From contig NIVC01001312.1 of assembly GCA_002269645.1 (NCBI GenBank), positions 54,301 to 118,300 of the forward strand: 64,000 bases of DNA, read 5' to 3'. Positions 35,135 to 48,601 of this stretch are shown here, piece after piece. A program made the translations under genes and the position numbers. The first letter of the stretch is position 1; each line of letters opens with the position of its first letter. The notes beneath the pieces are model-generated. The model did no database searches, was not told the DNA's origin, and saw only the letters and a list, made by a program, of their open reading frames with translations. Origin of the DNA: Macrostomum lignano. Lineage: Eukaryota.

Positions 35135-36002
35135 CATTATTAAGCCGGTCATCATTGCCAAACTCTAACAATATTACTACCGTATATACATTGGCAATTT
35201 TGAGCGCGCCATATTAATATTGCTAGCATCTAAACCTCGTTAAACGCCCACTACGCGCCTAGTGCCAATAACGATGCTAACTGAGGCATTTGCCATTTCA
35301 CGCTACCTTACCCTAGCCTCCCATGCTTAAATCTGTAGGGTTGCGTTTGGTTTGGGCCGTCGGGGTTGGGGGCTGCTCTATTGGTATATGTACTTGCATC
35401 TCGCTTTCTTCTCTGTGCATGCCCGCTTCCCAGTTGGGTGAGTCACTTTAATCGATCTATCATCGCTGACTATTTAATCGCTCCTAAATTATCTTGCATC
35501 AAAATACGTCGTCGTAAATTTACTCTAAATTATCGCCTCTTACAAATCAATTGATATACATAGATGATTTTGACTCCCAGCATTGTCTCAGAAAAGCTTA
35601 AAAAATTCATAGGCAAAATTTCTGCCCATGCCTGGCTAAAAGCCATCGGCTGTTGTTTGAACGACATGAGTGGAACGGAGTTAGCTATAGACTTGATGGA
35701 TGCTGAAATATTTTATAGATAAATTTATTTCCTGAAATTTTCCTATAACCACTGGAGGTCTGCATTAGGTCTTAACAGTCGAGTTGCATGGGCAATTCAT
35801 TTATCCAATTTACACGAAGGTAGCATGTGCTTTAGTCCGAGGGTGTCTTTTATAAGTTTATCGACTGCAGGTGTTTCTGTCTGAGAAGTAACGACTTTCT
35901 ACTTTTAGTCGTCGGATACTTAAAGTTTTTTTTCTCAGTTCGCTCATCAGCATCTGTTAAACTTCATAACGAATTTATCGCTAAGTAGGGCTTAACCGAC
36001 GT

Positions 36003-36755
36003 TCACTGGAACGGGTCGACGCACTCGCACAGAGTTTTGTTGGCGTAGACTGAGACAGATGCGACATCGTTCACGCCGATGGTTTGTCCGTAAACGCTCG
36101 ACCAGATCCTGGCTTTAGGGCCGTCGCCGTCTGGTTGGCCAGGAGTCCAGATGTTCGCGGCGAAGGTCGTGTTGCAGGCCTCCCAGACCCAGATGGAGTC
36201 ACCAATCCTGTAGCCGCCAATAAAGTAGGCGATGTCGTGATTGAGATGAGTCTTGATCCAGTGAAAGTGGACGGTCTCGTTTAAATCGTTGGCGTCGGCA
36301 GCTTTCACGAGGCCCGGCTGCGAGTTGCACTTGGCCAGGCCGTCATTCCAGTCCGAGGAGTAGAGCAGCTTGTAGACTGACGTGCCGTACTTTTGTCCGT
36401 AGCTGCTGGGACACAACTGCCCGTCGGGCAAGCCATTGTATTTTTTTACGTAGGCGCGCACGGTAGGGCAGGGCCCGATCGTGTTGGCGAAGTTGCTGCA
36501 TCTGTCGAACAAGAACAGCTGGCAGAGTCTGCTTTCCGGCAGAAGCCTGAAGCCCTGGCAACGATCAAAAGCCGAGCAACGAAACGAGCATTCGCGTTCT
36601 CGACCAGGTTTAAGTTCCAGTTCGAGCAGGTGCTCCGGCTCCAGGCAGAGGCGAATGTCTCTCAGGGTGAACTTTGCCGTTTCAAAGCAACTCACCAGGT
36701 TTCTTGCTTTTAAAAGCAACAGTAGCAACAGTAGGGAGTAGTTGATCGGAGGCAT
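36003..36755 (-). CDS. Single-exon secreted protein, 250 aa: signal peptide + PAN/apple domain + C-type lectin domain
   Basis: MPPINYSLLLLLLLLKARNLVSC signal peptide; PAN-type Cys spacing (C...ECSFRCSAFDRCQGF...CQLF); CTLD motifs CPSSY, WNDGLAKC, YFIGG, WVWE, WTPGQPD, VND, LCE; TGA stop. Confidence 0.85.
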   Translation of the reverse strand: MPPINYSLLLLLLLLKARNLVSCFETAKFTLRDIRLCLEPEHLLELELKPGRERECSFRCSAFDRCQGFRLLPESRLCQLFLFDRCSNFANTIGPCPTVRAYVKKYNGLPDGQLCPSSYGQKYGTSVYKLLYSSDWNDGLAKCNSQPGLVKAADANDLNETVHFHWIKTHLNHDIAYFIGGYRIGDSIWVWEACNTTFAANIWTPGQPDGDGPKARIWSSVYGQTIGVNDVASVSVYANKTLCECVDPFQ

Positions 36756-38788
36756 GAGGCTAGGAGCATAGGACAGGACTGTATTGCGACTTGGAGAGCG
36801 CGGAAGCTGTGAAAATTTTGTCAGTATATTTATATCGATTTTTTGGATAGCCAACCGTCTCCAAGAGCAACACGTCCGTGGCAGGCTAGATACATGTAGG
36901 ATTGGTCTGCTCATCCATCGGTATCCCTCGTTGCAAACCGCACATTAGCCAGCAACCTCCCCAGCCTTTCTTCTCAGTCAATGCTCTTCGATCTCTGCAT
37001 CGTCTAACGCTGTTCTTGAGGGCGATAGTAATTTATTGGAATACAAAGAAGATTGGCCGATAAAAAATATCAATGAGTCAGTTGACTTACAGTCCCTGTA
37101 AAGTGACTCGATGTCAGAGACATCCGCTGACGGTTTTCGGCATTTATCGACGCTGTTGGAAAACGGGTATTTTTACATTACACCGATTGTCATGCCGTAG
37201 TCAGAAATCAGAGGCAAGTTGGTTATGCTGAGATTCACGAGTTGTTATACCATCGAGCATCATATATATTTACATTGTAACACGCAAGTGAAGGGACAGG
37301 CAACGTGTCGTGCTAAAACAAGATCTCATTCGTGTGCAACAATCTACAAGAGCTCACGCCGGGCACGCCCTTACACTATGAGTACAGTATTTGTACACTA
37401 AACATGTAGAGTTAGTCAACAGAAACGCATGGATCGTTAGCTCATCAAAAGTGACGCAACACAGCGGCGCCACACCGATGTTTAGCGGAAGCATTGGTGT
37501 AATAATGTAAAAACACATTTGCCAGCAGCGTCCATCGACATCGGGACCGTCAGGCACGTCAGGCGGACGTCGGAATGTTGCACGTGTGTGGGTCGGTGAA
37601 TAAGTCGATTTTATCTATTAATATACAAGGCTAAATTAGTCGATTAGATTACTGGGCCGGAGTAAACGTATGGATAAACTAGCTGAAACGTTAGCGCTGT
37701 ACTGTTTGACTAAATTACACTCATTAAAAACAACTCTTGTTAGCCTCAAATTATCCTACTATAACAAGTAGACACTGGAGCACATAAATAAATAGGAACT
37801 AAGCCATCTAACATTACTATATATAATAGCTTTGGCAAGAGTAAACCTGAAACTCAAATAGCTAATCAGTGCGGTAAACAGTGAGACAGTGCAGCTATGG
37901 GACGGTTCCACAAGTCGAGTGGACCATCCAGACAGAGTCCCGGCAGTTTACTGATGGCACAAATGATAAATCAGCAGTTACAAAGCTCAGTATAAGTACT
38001 GGCGTTTGGACACGGAGCTGGCTGGCTCAAAGCACTCACACCACTTGGCGTCTTCCACCCAGCGATTAATTAGTCTTTGCTCTCATCTCTGCCCCTTACA
38101 TCTCTATCTATCTTCCCCACGCATGCGTAGAAGCGAGAGCAGCACGGGACAAATGTAAGCAAAACTGGCCGTGAAGCGGAGGATTTCCACCGGCAGAGTG
38201 AGGCGCATTAAATTATCCCTCCGCTTCCCCTCTCTGTCGCCATCATGTCCCCCCTCCCCTGTCTCTTGCCTCTCCTACTCAAACGCCAAAAAATTCAGGG
38301 TCAAAGCCAATTGGTGTCGTCCACAGCTTTGCGTCTCTTCCCGGAGGACCGACTAAGGCCCGGCCACCCCAGCAGCTCCCGCGGTGGCACCCAATCAGAA
38401 GAGTGCGCTGGCAGGTTTTCTGGAGTGTCGTCAGTTCAGGACAAGTCCTGGCCTGTGATAGACGAGGAAGAAGCATTTTTAAAAATAGGATGCAGGCAAT
38501 GAGCCGCTGTGCTGCCTTTTTGCCTATTTGTGTTCTTGTACGCTCCCGGAGACTGGAACAGGTGGTTGGCTAATCTGCTAAAGCCTCTAATTAAGCTGTT
38601 TTGTATAACTAATCTCTGCAATGCAAGTTGTAACCTTGCTCTTTACACTTTCACACTTTGCCGTCCACAGTTGCCGATATTAGATCTACAACTTTCAACG
38701 CATTTTTGCTGAGAACTTGTCCAAGAGCCGGTGAGGGGTGAGTCCGTCTGACTAACTTTACGCTTCTCATCTGAATACCACAATATCT

Positions 38789-39066
<278 letters not shown>

Positions 39067-40781
39067 TCTACTGTCTGTGTGTTTACGTGGACTTTTTGGA
39101 AGTTCAGTAGCCTCGTTAGCTGGACCACCCGGTGTAGGTAGACCACTTAGGTGGACCACCAAATAATTTTGTCTCTGGTGGGGTTAAGACGTTGATGAGG
39201 ATCTCACATTAATATCAGGCGGGTCAAGAAAGGCTTAAGCAATTTTGGGATGTCTAGCATGGTTTTTTCCAAAGTTATTTGCATTTCAGTTTAGCTGGAC
39301 CTCCAGCCTGGTCTACCTAAACCGAGCGAGTCTGGTCCACGTAAACCGAAACATTTTAGAAAATTTTTCGAAAATCGTCTGTTTGTGTCTGTTTGTGTCT
39401 GTTTGTGTCTGTTTGTGTATAGCAGTTATTAAGCATAGATTCAATGCAAAACTGATTTTTTTACAGATCATTACCTTACGAACAAAGGGCTATGTTAGCA
39501 TCATATTATGACCGCTACTGGCTTTAAAACAATATGCGTTCAGTTCTTTGACATTCAAGTAGGTACCAGGTTAATTTAAAATTCTGAAACCTCGTATGCG
39601 AAATGAATTTGATTAGCTCAGTAATTTCGGTATCGTACCCTGAGCACAGACTCACAGAGTAAGACACCAACGTAAAGAAATCCAATTCGCGAACCAGATC
39701 AAACGATAAAGACTCCGAGACAAGAAAGATATTTAAGTGAAGCCTAAATAGTATTCTTCAATGACTTCTCAAGAACTCCCAGTGGTCCTTGATAGCCACA
39801 CTGTGTAAATGCGAATTTCTGAGGCTCTACCATTACACAAGAAGAAAATAGCAACTTCATGAATTAAGTGCTTGCCAATTCTATCCTACACACTATGGGA
39901 TATCCTGTTCTATCCTCCTCCAATGTTGGAAGAAGAAGATCCTAAGCTGCAGCCTTTCAAGTGCAAAGTTGAAGATGCAATTTACCTAAGTGAAAAGGAC
40001 AATTCATACACGTACATGCAAAAGATTTGATCAACAGGGCGCAATTAAGAAGGGCCTTTTAGCTAGCGATCGGGTCTCTGACTCTCTAGCAAAAGGTCGA
40101 CTTGATTGCGGTCCCAGTAAAACTAAGAACGCATTAACAGTCAGCCTAACACTCACTGTCTGTTTGGTCCACGTAAACACATGTGCAGGAGTATAGGGTT
40201 GGAACAGACAGACAGACAGACCTCCCTTTCTATAATTGGCTGGTTAACACTTAGGAGGATAGATCCACCCCAACAATGGGACCGACCGCAGCCAATAGGA
40301 AACCCGCAAGCGTTCTGAAGGTAAGACAGTGGAGAGAGGGATATATAATGTCTAAGCGGGTGGTCCACGTAAACCATGGCGTAGTGAGACCAGACACAGA
40401 CAGTTTAAAAGAAAGTACTTATAATCCATACTATACATCTCTAAAGGATTGCAATTGTATAAATTAGAACGGTTTTTTTATACTTATTAGGTCTAATGTT
40501 AATCCTTACTCCAAGTTTCATCCATATATAAATTTATTGTGCCAAAAACTGTAATCTACAACCAAAATATGATGACCCGCAAAAAAGGACGCCAAGCCTA
40601 AAATAAAAACTTAAAATCACCGTCGCAAAAAGCCACTGCGAAATCGAAGAAGCCGCATCGCCTGGTAAAAATCATCAGTCTGCTCGCAAATCCGTCGACA
40701 CCGAGACCAGAAAAGTGAGTTTCGTTTGATGATCTCAAAGTAGCTAGCTGCAAGGCCTGCAACTCAATTGCTGTAGAGAAG

Positions 40782-43700
40782 CTGGTCCACCTAACCTACA
40801 GACACAACTGAAGCAGCTCTCTCAGTCTGTTTGAGGCTTTGGCTCTCAGAAGGTGGTCCACATAACCTACAGACACAACTCGAACAGATTTCTCTGTCTG
40901 TTTAGGGCTCTGGCTCTCAGAGCCGCCGAGAAAGTTTAGTGCAGAAAATGCTTCAGTTTGTTAGAATGCAATCAGAACAGATTCTTAGAAAGTGAGCTAG
41001 TCCAGCATCAAGGCAGAACATCTGGATGTGTAACGAAAGTCTCTTGGAGACTCCTGGCTCAGATTATCGCCTAGAAGTGCTGTGGAGTAGCTGGTCCACC
41101 TAACCTACAGACACAACTCGAACAGATTTCTCTGTCTGTTTAGGGCTCTGGCTCTCAGAGCCGCCGAGAAAGTTTAGTGCAGAAAATGCTTCAGTTTGTT
41201 AGAATGCAATCAGAACAGATTCTTAGAAAGTGAGCTAGTCCAGCATCAAGGCAGAACATCTGGATGTGTAACGAAAGTCTCTTGGAGACTCCTGGCTCAG
41301 ATTATCGCCTAGAAGTGCTGTGGAGTAGCTGGTCCACCTAACCTACAGACACAACTCGAACAGATTTCTCTGTCTGTTTGAGGCTCTGGCTCTCAGAGCC
41401 GCCGAGAAAGTTTAGTGCAGAAAATGCTTCAGTTTGTTAGAATGCAATCAGAACAGATTCTTAGAAAGTGAGCTAGTCCAGCATCAAGGCAGAACATCTG
41501 GATGTGTAACGAGAGGCTCTCGGAGATTCCTGGCTCAGATTATCGCCTAGAAGTGCTGTGGAGTAGCTGGTCCACCTAACCTACAGACACAACTCGAACA
41601 GATTTCTCTGTCTGTTTAGGCTTTGGCTCTCAGAGCCGCCGAGAAAGTTTAGTGCCGAGAATGCTTCAGTTTGTTAGAATGCAATCAGAACAGATTCCTA
41701 GAAAGTGAGCTAGTCCAGCATCAAGGCAGAACATCTGGATGTGTAACGAGAGGCTCTCGGAGATTCCTGGCTCAGATTATCGCCTAGAAGTGCTGTGGAG
41801 TAGCTGGTCCACCTAACCTACAGACACATCTCGAACAGATTTCTCTGTCTGTTTAGGCTCTGGCTCTCAGAGCCGCCGAGAAAGTTTAGTGCAGAAAATG
41901 CTTCAGTTTGTTAGAATGCAATCAGAACAGATTCCTAGAAAGTGAGCTAGTCCAGCATCAAGGCAGAACATCTGGATGTGTAACGAGAGGCTCTCGGAGA
42001 TTCCTGGCTCAGATTATCGCCTAGAAGTGCTGTGGAGTAGCTGGTCCACCTAACCTACAGACACAACTCGAACAGATTTCTCTGTCTGTTTAGGCTCTGG
42101 CTCTCAGAGCCGCCGAGAAAGTTTAGTGCCGAGAATGCTTCAGTTTGTTAGAATGCAATCAGAACAGATTCTTAGAAAGTGAGCTAGTCCAGCATCAAGG
42201 CAGAACATCTGGATGTGTAACGAGAGGCTCTCGGAGATTCCTGGCTCAGATTATCGCCTAGAAGTGCTGTGGAGTAGCTGGTCCACCTAACCTACAGACA
42301 CATCTCGAACAGATTTCTCTGTCTGTTTAGGCTCTGGCTCTCAGAGCCGCCGAGAAAGTTTAGTGCAGAAAATGCTTCAGTTTGTTAGAATGCAATCAGA
42401 ACAGATTCCTAGAAAGTGAGCTAGTCCAGCATCAAGGCAGAACATCTGGATGTGTAACGAGAGGCTCTCGGAGATTCCTGGCTCAGATTATCGCCTAGAA
42501 GTGCTGTGGAGTAGCTGGTCCACCTAACCTACAGACACAACTCGAACAGATTTCTCTGTCTGTTTAGGCTCTGGCTCTCAGAGCCGCCGAGAAAGTTTAG
42601 TGCCGAGAATGCTTCAGTTTGTTAGAATACAATCAGAACAGATTCCTAGAAAGTGAGCTAGTCCAGCATCAAGGCAGAACATCTGGATGTGTAACGAGAG
42701 GCTCTCGGAGATTCCTGGCTCAGATTATCGCCTAGAAGTGCTGTGGAGTAGCTGGTCCACCTAACCTACAGACACAACTCGAACAGATTTCTCTGTCTGT
42801 TTAGGCTCTGGCTCTCAGAGCCGCCGAGAAAGTTTAGTGCAGAAAATGCTTCAGTTTGTTAGAATGCAATCAGAACAGATTCTTAGAAAGTGAGCTAGTC
42901 CAGCATCAAGTCAGAACATCTGGATGCGTAACGAGAGGCTCTCGGAGATTCCTGGCTCAGATTATCGCCTAGAAGTGCTGTGGAGTAGCTGGTCCACCTA
43001 ACCTACAGACACAACTCGAACAGATTTCTCTGTCTGTTTGAGGCTCTGGCTCTCAGAGCCGCCGAGAAAGTTTAGTGCCGAGAATGCTTCAGTTTGTTAG
43101 AATACAATCAGAACAGATTCCTAGAAAGTGAGCTAGTCCAGCATCAAGGCAGAACATCTGGATGTGTAACGAGAGGCTTTTGGAGATTCCTGGCTCAGAT
43201 TATCGTCTAGAAGTGCTGTGGAGTAGCTGGTCCACCTAACCTACAGACACAACTCGAACAGATTTCTCTGTCTGTTTAGGCTCTGGCTCTCAGAGCCGCC
43301 GAGAAAGTTTAGTGCCGAGAATGCTTCAGTTTGTTAGAATGCAATCAGAACAGAATCTTAGAAAGTGAGCTAGTCCAGCATCAAGGCAGAACATCTGGAT
43401 GTGTAACGAGAGGCTCTCGGAGATTCTTGGCTCAGATTATCGCCTAGAAGTGCTGTGGAGTAGCTGGTCCACCTAACCTACAGACACAACTCGAACAGAT
43501 TTCTCTGTCTGTTTGAGGCTCTGGCTCTTAGGTGGTCCACATAACCTACAGACACAACTGAAGCAGCTCTCTCAGTCTGTTTGAGGCTTTGGCTCTCAGA
43601 AGGTGGTCCACATAACCTACAGACACAACTCGAACAGATTTCTCTGTCTGTTTAGGGCTCTGGCTCTCAGAGCCGCCGAGAAAGTTTAGTGCAGAAAATG

Positions 43701-46700
43701 CTTCAGTTTGTTAGAATGCAATCAGAACAGATTCCTAGAAAGTGAGCTAGTCCAGCATCAAGGCAGAACATCTGGATGTGTAACGAAAGTCTCTCGGAGA
43801 TTCCTGGCTCAGATTATCGCCTAGAAGTGCTGTGGAGTAGCTGGTCCACCTAACCTACAGACACAACTCGAACAGATTTCTCTGTCTGTTTGAGTCTCTG
43901 GCTCTCAGAGCCGCCGAGAAAGTTTAGTGCAGAAAATGCTTCAGTTTGTTAGAATGCAATCAGAACAGATTCCTAGAAAGTGAGCTAGTCCAGCATCAAG
44001 GCAGAACATCTGGATGTGTAACGAGAGGCTTTTGGAGATTCCTGGCTCAGATTATCGCCTAGAAGTGCTGTGGAGTAGCTGGTCCACCTAACCTACAGAC
44101 ACAACTCGAACAGATTTCTCTGTCTGTTTGAGGCTCTGGCTCTCAGAGCCGCCGAGAAAGTTTAGTGCCGAGAATGCTTCAGTTTGTTAGAATGCAATCA
44201 GTACAGATTCTTAGAAAGTGAGCTAGTCCAGCATCAAGTCAGAACATCTGGATGCGTAACGAGAGGCTCTCGGAGATTCCTGGCTCAGATTATCGCCTAG
44301 AAGTGCTGTGGAGTAGCTGGTCCACCTAACCTACAGACACAACTCGAACAGATTTCTCTGTCTGTTTGAGGCTCTGGCTCTTAGGTGGTCCACATAACCT
44401 ACAGACACAACTCGAACAGATTTCTCTGTCTGTTTAGGGCTCTGGCTCTCAGAGCCGCCGAGAAAGTTTAGTGCAGAAAATGCTTCAGTTTGTTAGAATG
44501 CAATCAGAACAGATTCCTAGAAAGTGAGCTAGTCCAGCATCAAGGCAGAACATCTGGATGTGTAACGAAAGTCTCTCGTAGATTCCTGGCTCAGATTATC
44601 GCCTAGAAGTGCTGTGGAGTAGCTGGTCCACCTAACCTACAGACACAACTCGAACAGATTTCTCTGTCTGTTTGAGGCTCTGGCTCTCAGAGCCGCCGAG
44701 AAGGTTTAGTGCAGAAAATGCTTCAGTTTGTTAGAATGCAATCAGAACAGATTCCTAGAAAGTGAGCTAGTCCAGCATTAAGGCAGAACATCTGGATGTG
44801 TAACGAGAGGCTCTCGGAGATTCCTGGCTCAGATTATCGTCTAGAAGTGCTGTGGAGTAGCTGGTCCACCTAACCTACAGACACAACTCGAACAGATTTC
44901 TCTGTCTGTTTGAGGCTCTGGCTCTTAGGTGGTCCACATAACCTACAGACACAACTGAAGCAGCTCTCTCAGTCTGTTTGAGGCTTTGGCTCTCAGAAGG
45001 TGGTCCACATAACCTACAGACACAACTCGAACAGATTTCTCTGTCTGTTTAGGGCTCTGGCTCTCAGAGCCGCCGAGAAAGTTTAGTGCAGAAAATGCTT
45101 CAGTTTGTTAGAATGCAATCAGAACAGATTCCTAGAAAGTGAGCTAGTCCAGCATCAAGGCAGAACATCTGGATGTGTAACGAGAGGCTCTCGGAGATTC
45201 CTGGCTCAGATTATCGCCTAGAAGTGCTGTGGAGTAGCTGGTCCACCTAACCTACAGACACAACTCGAACAGATTTCTCTGTCTGTTTAGGCTCTGGCTC
45301 TCAGAGCCGCCGAGAAAGTTTAGTGCCGAGAATGCTTCAGTTTGTTAGAATGCAATCAGTACAGATTCTTAGAAAGTGAGCTAGTCCAGCATCAAGGCAG
45401 AACATCTGGATGTGTAACGAGAGGCTTTTGGAGATTCCTGGCTCAGATTATCGCCTAGAAGTGCTGTGGAGTAGCTGGTCCACCTAACCTACAGACACAA
45501 CTCGAACAGATTTCTCTGTCTGTTTAGGCTCTGGCTCTCAGAGCCGCCGAGAAAGTTTAGTGCCGAGAATGCTTCAGTTTGTTAGAATGCAATCAGAACA
45601 GAATCTTAGAAAGTGAGCTAGTCCAGCATCAAGGCAGAACATCTGGATGTGTAACGAGAGGCTCTCGGAGATTCCTGGCTCAGATTATCGCCTAGAAGTG
45701 CTGTGGAGTAGCTGGTCCACCTAACCTACAGACACAACTCGAACAGATTTCTCTGTCTGTTTGAGGCTCTGGCTCTTAGGTGGTCCACATAACCTACAGA
45801 CACAACTGAAGCAGCTCTCTCAGTCTGTTTGAGGCTTTGGCTCTCAGAAGGTGGTCCACATAACCTACAGACACAACTCGAACAGATTTCTCTGTCTGTT
45901 TAGGGCTCTGGCTCTCAGAGCCGCCGAGAAAGTTTAGTGCAGAAAATGCTTCAGTTTGTTAGAATGCAATCAGAACAGATTCCTAGAAAGTGAGCTAGTC
46001 CAGCATCAAGGCAGAACATCTGGATGTGTAACGAAAGTCTCTCGGAGATTCCTGGCTCAGATTATCGCCTAGAAGTGCTGTGGAGTAGCTGGTCCACCTA
46101 ACCTACAGACACAACTCGAACAGATTTCTCTGTCTGTTTGAGTCTCTGGCTCTCAGAGCCGCCGAGAAAGTTTAGTGCAGAAAATGCTTCAGTTTGTTAG
46201 AATGCAATCAGAACAGATTCCTAGAAAGTGAGCTAGTCCAGCATCAAGGCAGAACATCTGGATGTGTAACGAGAGGCTTTTGGAGATTCCTGGCTCAGAT
46301 TATCGCCTAGAAGTGCTGTGGAGTAGCTGGTCCACCTAACCTACAGACACAACTCGAACAGATTTCTCTGTCTGTTTGAGGCTCTGGCTCTCAGAGCCGC
46401 CGAGAAAGTTTAGTGCCGAGAATGCTTCAGTTTGTTAGAATGCAATCAGTACAGATTCTTAGAAAGTGAGCTAGTCCAGCATCAAGTCAGAACATCTGGA
46501 TGCGTAACGAGAGGCTCTCGGAGATTCCTGGCTCAGATTATCGCCTAGAAGTGCTGTGGAGTAGCTGGTCCACCTAACCTACAGACACAACTCGAACAGA
46601 TTTCTCTGTCTGTTTGAGGCTCTGGCTCTCAGAGCCGCCGAGAAAGTTTAGTGCCGAGAATGCTTCAGTTTGTTAGAATACAATCAGAACAGATTCCTAG

Positions 46701-47230
46701 AAAGTGAGCTAGTCCAGCATCAAGGCAGAACATCTGGATGTGTAACGAGAGGCTTTTGGAGATTCCTGGCTCAGATTATCGCCTAGAAGTGCTGTGGAGT
46801 AGCTGGTCCACCTAACCTACAGACACAACTCGAACAGATTTCTCTGTCTGTTTGAGGCTCTGGCTCTTAGAGCCGCCGAGAAAGTTTAGTGCCGAGAATG
46901 CTTCAGTTTGTTAGAATACAATCAGAACAGATTCCTAGAAAGTGAGCTAGTCCAGCATTAAGGCAGAACATCTGGATGTGTAACGAGAGGCTCTCGGAGA
47001 TTCCTGGCTCAGATTATCGCCTAGAAGTGCTGTGGAGTAGCTGGTCCACCTAACCTACAGACACAACTCGAACAGATTTCTCTGTCTGTTTGAGGCTCTG
47101 GCTCTTAGGTGGTCCACATAACCTACAGACACAACTGAAGCAGCTCTCTCAGTCTGTTTGAGGCTTTTGCTCTCGGAAGGTGGTCCACCTAACCTACAGA
47201 CACAACTGGAACAGATTTCTGTGTCTGTTT
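40782..47230. repeat. Satellite array: about 24 monomers of 237-238 bp interspersed with about 65-bp sub-repeats
   Basis: GAGTAGCTGGTCCACCTAACC recurs at 237-238-bp intervals (the GCTGG start falls at 41090, 41328, 41566, 41803...). The short variant ACAACTGAAGCAGCTCTCTCAG occurs near 40805, 43556, 44954, 45805 and 47134. Confidence 0.98.
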
Positions 47231-48308
47231 GATTGTCAGTTAATTTTATTTTCTACCTTTGTAGGAGCCTGTGGTTGATTTTGTTCGCCTGAGCTCGACG
47301 AGACTGACTGCGTTTCACCGAGATGAAGGTTAAAACGAACTGTAAAAGAAGATTCAAACCACTAATTGACGAGAAATATAGAAAGGTTCATCATAGAGCT
47401 GAGCTGACGAAAGCGGATTCGATGGCTGAGTAAGCTGAAATTCGTGAGAGAGGCAATGACAGATCAATAACAGAAGCGGTCTCGGACCACGGAGGCAGGG
47501 AAGGTCCAGGAGAATATTTCGTAGAAAAAATAAGAAGATTAAGCCATCATCTGCGTGAACGAAAAGATGAAAGTCGGTAAAATGATTGGCTTATCATATG
47601 ATTGCTCACCAACTCATTCAGTATAATAGGACTGGTGTAGTCAAATCAATTTAATTTCAGTTTCAGTAACTTTTGTCGTTATTAAAAATGCCCTTCAACT
47701 TCTTGTAGGCTCGTACTCGGATGACCTTTTTTAACTAATGGAATCTTACGTTTGTTAACATGTATTTGAAGCATACATTTTGACCTAAATTAGTTTTAAT
47801 GAGTTTACAGTTAGTATTTGATATGATTCGGTATTTTTTTTCAAAATGCTTTATTTTCATTCACCTTCTTGTATTCACGCGACGCAACTAACTAATGCGA
47901 TCGTACATTTGTTTAACCCGATTAACCTGATTAGTAATGCTAAATAAATTGGTTTGAATTTGGGATATTTTCATTAAATGACGTCGTAACGCTTTTATCT
48001 GTTCTTTTTGAGAATTTCTGTTTTAATTAGTTCAAAAGAACAGTTTAAAGCAATAAATTTTCTACAACGAAAGAGGTCTAACTAAACCAACTGTTTTTTT
48101 GCGGTCCACCTAACCCGGTCCCCAAAACGTAGTTAGTGAACCACCACAGTTTCCCCGAACTGGCTATTCCGTCAAGTTAACAAAAAGATAACCCTAGCTA
48201 GCCTTTCGCGTTGTCAAAACAGACTCTATTTTTTAACCGGAATTGCGTGGTCCACATAACGCATTAACATAACTCAGGTCCCGCTAAACACACAGACAGT
48301 CGTAAGAG

Positions 48309-48601
<293 letters not shown>

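Noticed and set aside
36003-36914. 303-aa version of the lectin ORF from the upstream ATG at 36914
   Set aside because: The signal peptide begins right after the ATG at 36755; the extra 53 residues would bury it and look non-coding.
40782-47230. CRISPR array or hammerhead-ribozyme satellite
   Set aside because: The context is eukaryotic, and the units are fully repeated with no unique spacers. I found no CTGATGA...GAAA core in the monomer on either strand; the lone minus-strand CTGATGA near 40675 lacks stem II and GAAA.
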